Source of the DNA: a virus
Lineage: Duplodnaviria; Heunggongvirae; Uroviricota; Caudoviricetes
DNA length: 20,477 nt
Reading direction: 5' to 3' (one strand)
IMG/VR virus record: IMGVR_UViG_2703718852_000002
Location: 1-20,477 of that record
In this document: positions 17,746-20,477 of the stretch, piece by piece
Numbering within the stretch: the first letter of the stretch is position 1
Layout: each line of letters opens with the position of its first letter
Translations under genes and position numbers: made by a program
Notes under the pieces: model-generated
Database searches by the model: none
Seen by the model: only the letters and a program-made list of their open reading frames with translations
What the model was told of the DNA's origin: nothing

Positions 17746-17857
17746 CTCCACAAAATGGGGACATCAAAGAAAAGCAGTGGCACTAATTAAGACTGATGCC
17801 CTGCGGAAAAGTTCTGCGGTTGTGCAAAAAAATTTCATTTTCAGGGCAACTTCAGTT

Positions 17858-19543
17858 TTATCCTAATCCTGGCCATACCATGACGATGATTGTCCCTGCC
17901 AGCGTCAGCAGGACGTTGGCGATTGCATAGGTGCCCGCATAGCCCAGCGCCGGGATGTTACTGCGAGCTGTATCACTGATGATCTCCATTGCCGGCGCGC
18001 AGGTACGTGCGCCCATCATTGCGCCGAACAACAGCGCGCGGTTCATTCGCAATACATAAGCACCGAACAAGAAACAGATAACCACGGGCACCAGACTGAC
18101 AATCAATCCGGCAATCAACATCTGACCGCCAATCGCGCCCAGGCCGTTATTAATACCGCTACCGGCGCTCAGACCAACGCCTGCCATAAACACCATCAAG
18201 CCGAACTCTTTCACCATGCTTAATGCACCCTGCGGAATGTAACCGAAGGTCGGGTGGTTAGCACGCATAAAGCCCAGCATAATTCCGGCGAATAACAACC
18301 CGGCAGCGTTCCCCATGCCGAAACTGAATGTGCTGAACTGGAAGGTGATCATCCCGATCATCAGCCCAATAACAAAGAAGGCGCAGAATGCCAGCAGGTC
18401 AGTGACCTGGCTGTGAATCGAGATAAAGCCGATGCGATCGGCGATGGTTTTTACGCGGCGGGCATCGCCGCTGACTTGTAAAACGTCACCTTTGTTAAGC
18501 ACGACGTTGTCATCTATCGGCATCTCAATCTGGCTACGAATGACGCGGTTAAGGAAGCAACCGTGATCGGTCAACTTCAGTTGTGCGAGACGTTTACCTA
18601 CAGCGTTATGGTTTTTAACGACCACTTCTTCAGTGACGATACGCATGTCGAGAAGGTCACGATCGAAAACTTCTTTACCGTTACGGAAGCTGGGATCGAG
18701 TCGGGCATGGGCGTCGGGATAGCCTACCAACGCTATTTCATCGCCCATTTGTAGCACGGCATCACCGTCTGGATTTGCCAGAATCCCGTTACGTCGAATA
18801 CGTTCAATGTAGCAGCCGGTTTGTCGATAAATACCCAGTTCACGCAGATTTTTGCCGTCGGTCCAGGCCACCAGTTCCGGGCCGACGCGATAGGCGCGGA
18901 TCACCGGTAAATAAACCTTACGGTTGGCATCAGTGTCCAGGCCACGTTCGCGGGCGATTTGCTGGGCGCTGGTCTGTAAGTCCTGATGCTGCAATTTCGG
19001 CAAGTAACGCGCACCAACAATCAAACTCACCAGACCGATTAAATAGGTTAAGGCATACCCGAGGCTCAGATTATCCAGTGCCAGTGAGAGCTGCCTGCTT
19101 TCCATGCCGGAATGACGCAGTGTATCGCCAGCACCGACCAGAACCGGTGTCGACGTCATAGAGCCTGCTAACATACCGGCCGTCAGGCCAATATCCCAGC
19201 CAAACAGCTTACCTAACCCTAAGGCGATCACCAGCGCACTGCCAACCATCACCAGTGCTAACATTAGGTAATTTTTCCCATCGCGAAAAAAAATGGAAAA
19301 AAAGTTCGGTCCGGCTTCGACCCCGACGCAGAAAATAAACAGCATAAAGCCAAGATTAAGCGCATCGGTGTTAATGCTGAAATGTTGTTGGCCTAATAAC
19401 AGCGATACGACTAAAACGCCAATGGAATTACCCAGTTGGATCGAACCAAGTCGTAACTTTCCGAGACATAGCCCAAGCGCGAGGACCACAAATAATAACA
19501 GAATGTAATTCCCATTTAACAATTCGGCGACGTTTATATTCAC
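17858..19543 (-). CDS. ybjL: Putative transport protein YbjL (561 aa)
   Basis: Full-length ORF recognised as E. coli YbjL ([33 protein letters not shown]...), with N- and C-terminal membrane domains and central soluble repeats. Confidence 0.85.
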
Positions 19544-19812
19544 GGAGGCTAACTTCTTGTTTACTAGTAAGCTGTTGAAAGAAATGGTAATTTACGATAA
19601 TGTTTTTTACCAGAATTCAGGGCGCAGATTCATTCAGCGCACCTAAACGATAGTAAAGTAACAATATATTTTACTAGTGTAATCACATTAGGTATCAACG
19701 GCTATATGAATTGCGTTGGCCTATATTAGCATGGAATGCGAAGCGGCTTTATCTTACTGAACGCCACACTGGCGAAAAATGTGTTCGATAGACGCAGTGT
19801 CAGGAGGAACGA

Positions 19813-20190
19813 GTGAAACATAAACAACGTTGGGCGGGGGCAATCTGCTGTTTTGTCCTCTTCATTGTGGTGTGCCTTTTTCTGGCGACGCACATGAAAG
19901 GCGCTTTTCGGGCTGCCGGGCATCCTGAAATCGGCTTGCTATTTTTCATTCTTCCTGGAGCAGTCGCCAGCTTCTTTTCACAGCGTAGAGAAGTCCTGAA
20001 ACCTCTGTTTGGCGCAATGCTGGCGGCACCCTGTTCGATGCTCATTATGCGGCTGTTTTTTTCACCGACGCGCTCATTCTGGCAAGAGCTGGCATGGTTA
20101 CTAAGCGCGGTGTTCTGGTGTGCGCTGGGGGCACTGTGTTTCTTATTTATCAGTAGTTTGTTTAAACCACAGCACAGAAAAAATCAGTAA
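19813..20190 (+). CDS. ybjM: Inner membrane protein YbjM (125 aa)
   Basis: GTG start at 19813 with AGGAGG RBS. Hydrophobic 125-aa protein in the conserved position between ybjL and grxA. Confidence 0.75.
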   Translation: MKHKQRWAGAICCFVLFIVVCLFLATHMKGAFRAAGHPEIGLLFFILPGAVASFFSQRREVLKPLFGAMLAAPCSMLIMRLFFSPTRSFWQELAWLLSAVFWCALGALCFLFISSLFKPQHRKNQ

Positions 20191-20210
20191 AGCCCTCAAC
20201 GCGAGGGCTT
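20190..20210. terminator. Hairpin between the convergent ybjM and grxA genes, possible bidirectional terminator
   Basis: aagccctc / gagggctt stem with a 5-nt loop between the two stop codons. T-run is weak on both sides. Confidence 0.35.
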
Positions 20211-20219
20211 GTCAGACGA

Positions 20220-20477
20220 TCAGGCGTCCAGATTTTCTTTCACCCATGCAGCAAAATCGGTATAGCCGCCGATATGTTGCTGATCGACAAAAATCTGCGG
20301 CACGGTTTCTACGGGTTTACCTGCCTTTTGTTGTAGATCTTCTTTAGTGATCCCTTCCGCACGAATATCTACATACTGATACTGAAAATCATCGCGTTCA
20401 TTGCTCAATTTCTCAGCCAGATCTTTTGCACGCACACAGTAAGGGCAACCCGAACGACCAAAAATAACGGTTTGCAT
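20220..20477 (-). CDS. grxA: Glutaredoxin 1
   Basis: 85-aa ORF with the CPYC active site (MQTVIFGRSGCPYCVRAKDLAEKL...), matching E. coli GrxA as recalled. ATG at the window end (20475-20477). Confidence 0.9.
   Translation of the reverse strand: MQTVIFGRSGCPYCVRAKDLAEKLSNERDDFQYQYVDIRAEGITKEDLQQKAGKPVETVPQIFVDQQHIGGYTDFAAWVKENLDA

Noticed and set aside
1-20477. CRISPR arrays, IS elements, tRNA or rRNA genes
   Set aside because: No regularly spaced short direct repeats, no transposase-like ORF with terminal inverted repeats, and no tRNA-like cloverleaf segment were apparent on reading. A tRNA or short-repeat scanner would settle this.

Overview
The window is a degraded P2/186-family prophage (about 17.6 kb, positions ~19-17644) inserted upstream of the E. 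coli-type ybjL-ybjM-grxA locus. From left to right it holds a 186-like lysogeny module (int, a small exported-peptide gene, cI, then divergent apl, cII, fil-like), an early operon (TraR-like zinc finger, orphan Dam methylase, rolling-circle replication gene A), a LexA-box-controlled tum/DinI-like module, an AT-rich 3.4 kb cargo island, and a heavily deleted late region (Q' remnant, J' remnant, I, H' N-terminal part fused to T' C-terminal part, U, D, ogr). The cargo island sits where P2-like phages carry variable anti-phage genes (between gene A and the portal/cos end). It encodes six uncharacterised proteins: two ASCH (PUA-like) proteins, a 2-TM membrane protein, a small P-loop kinase-like protein and two unknowns. 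I propose it as a candidate undescribed defence or abortive-infection locus. A 22-bp imperfect direct repeat at 19-40 and 17623-17644 fits attL/attR cores. All calls come from reading the ORF translations and sequence by eye; no database search was run.
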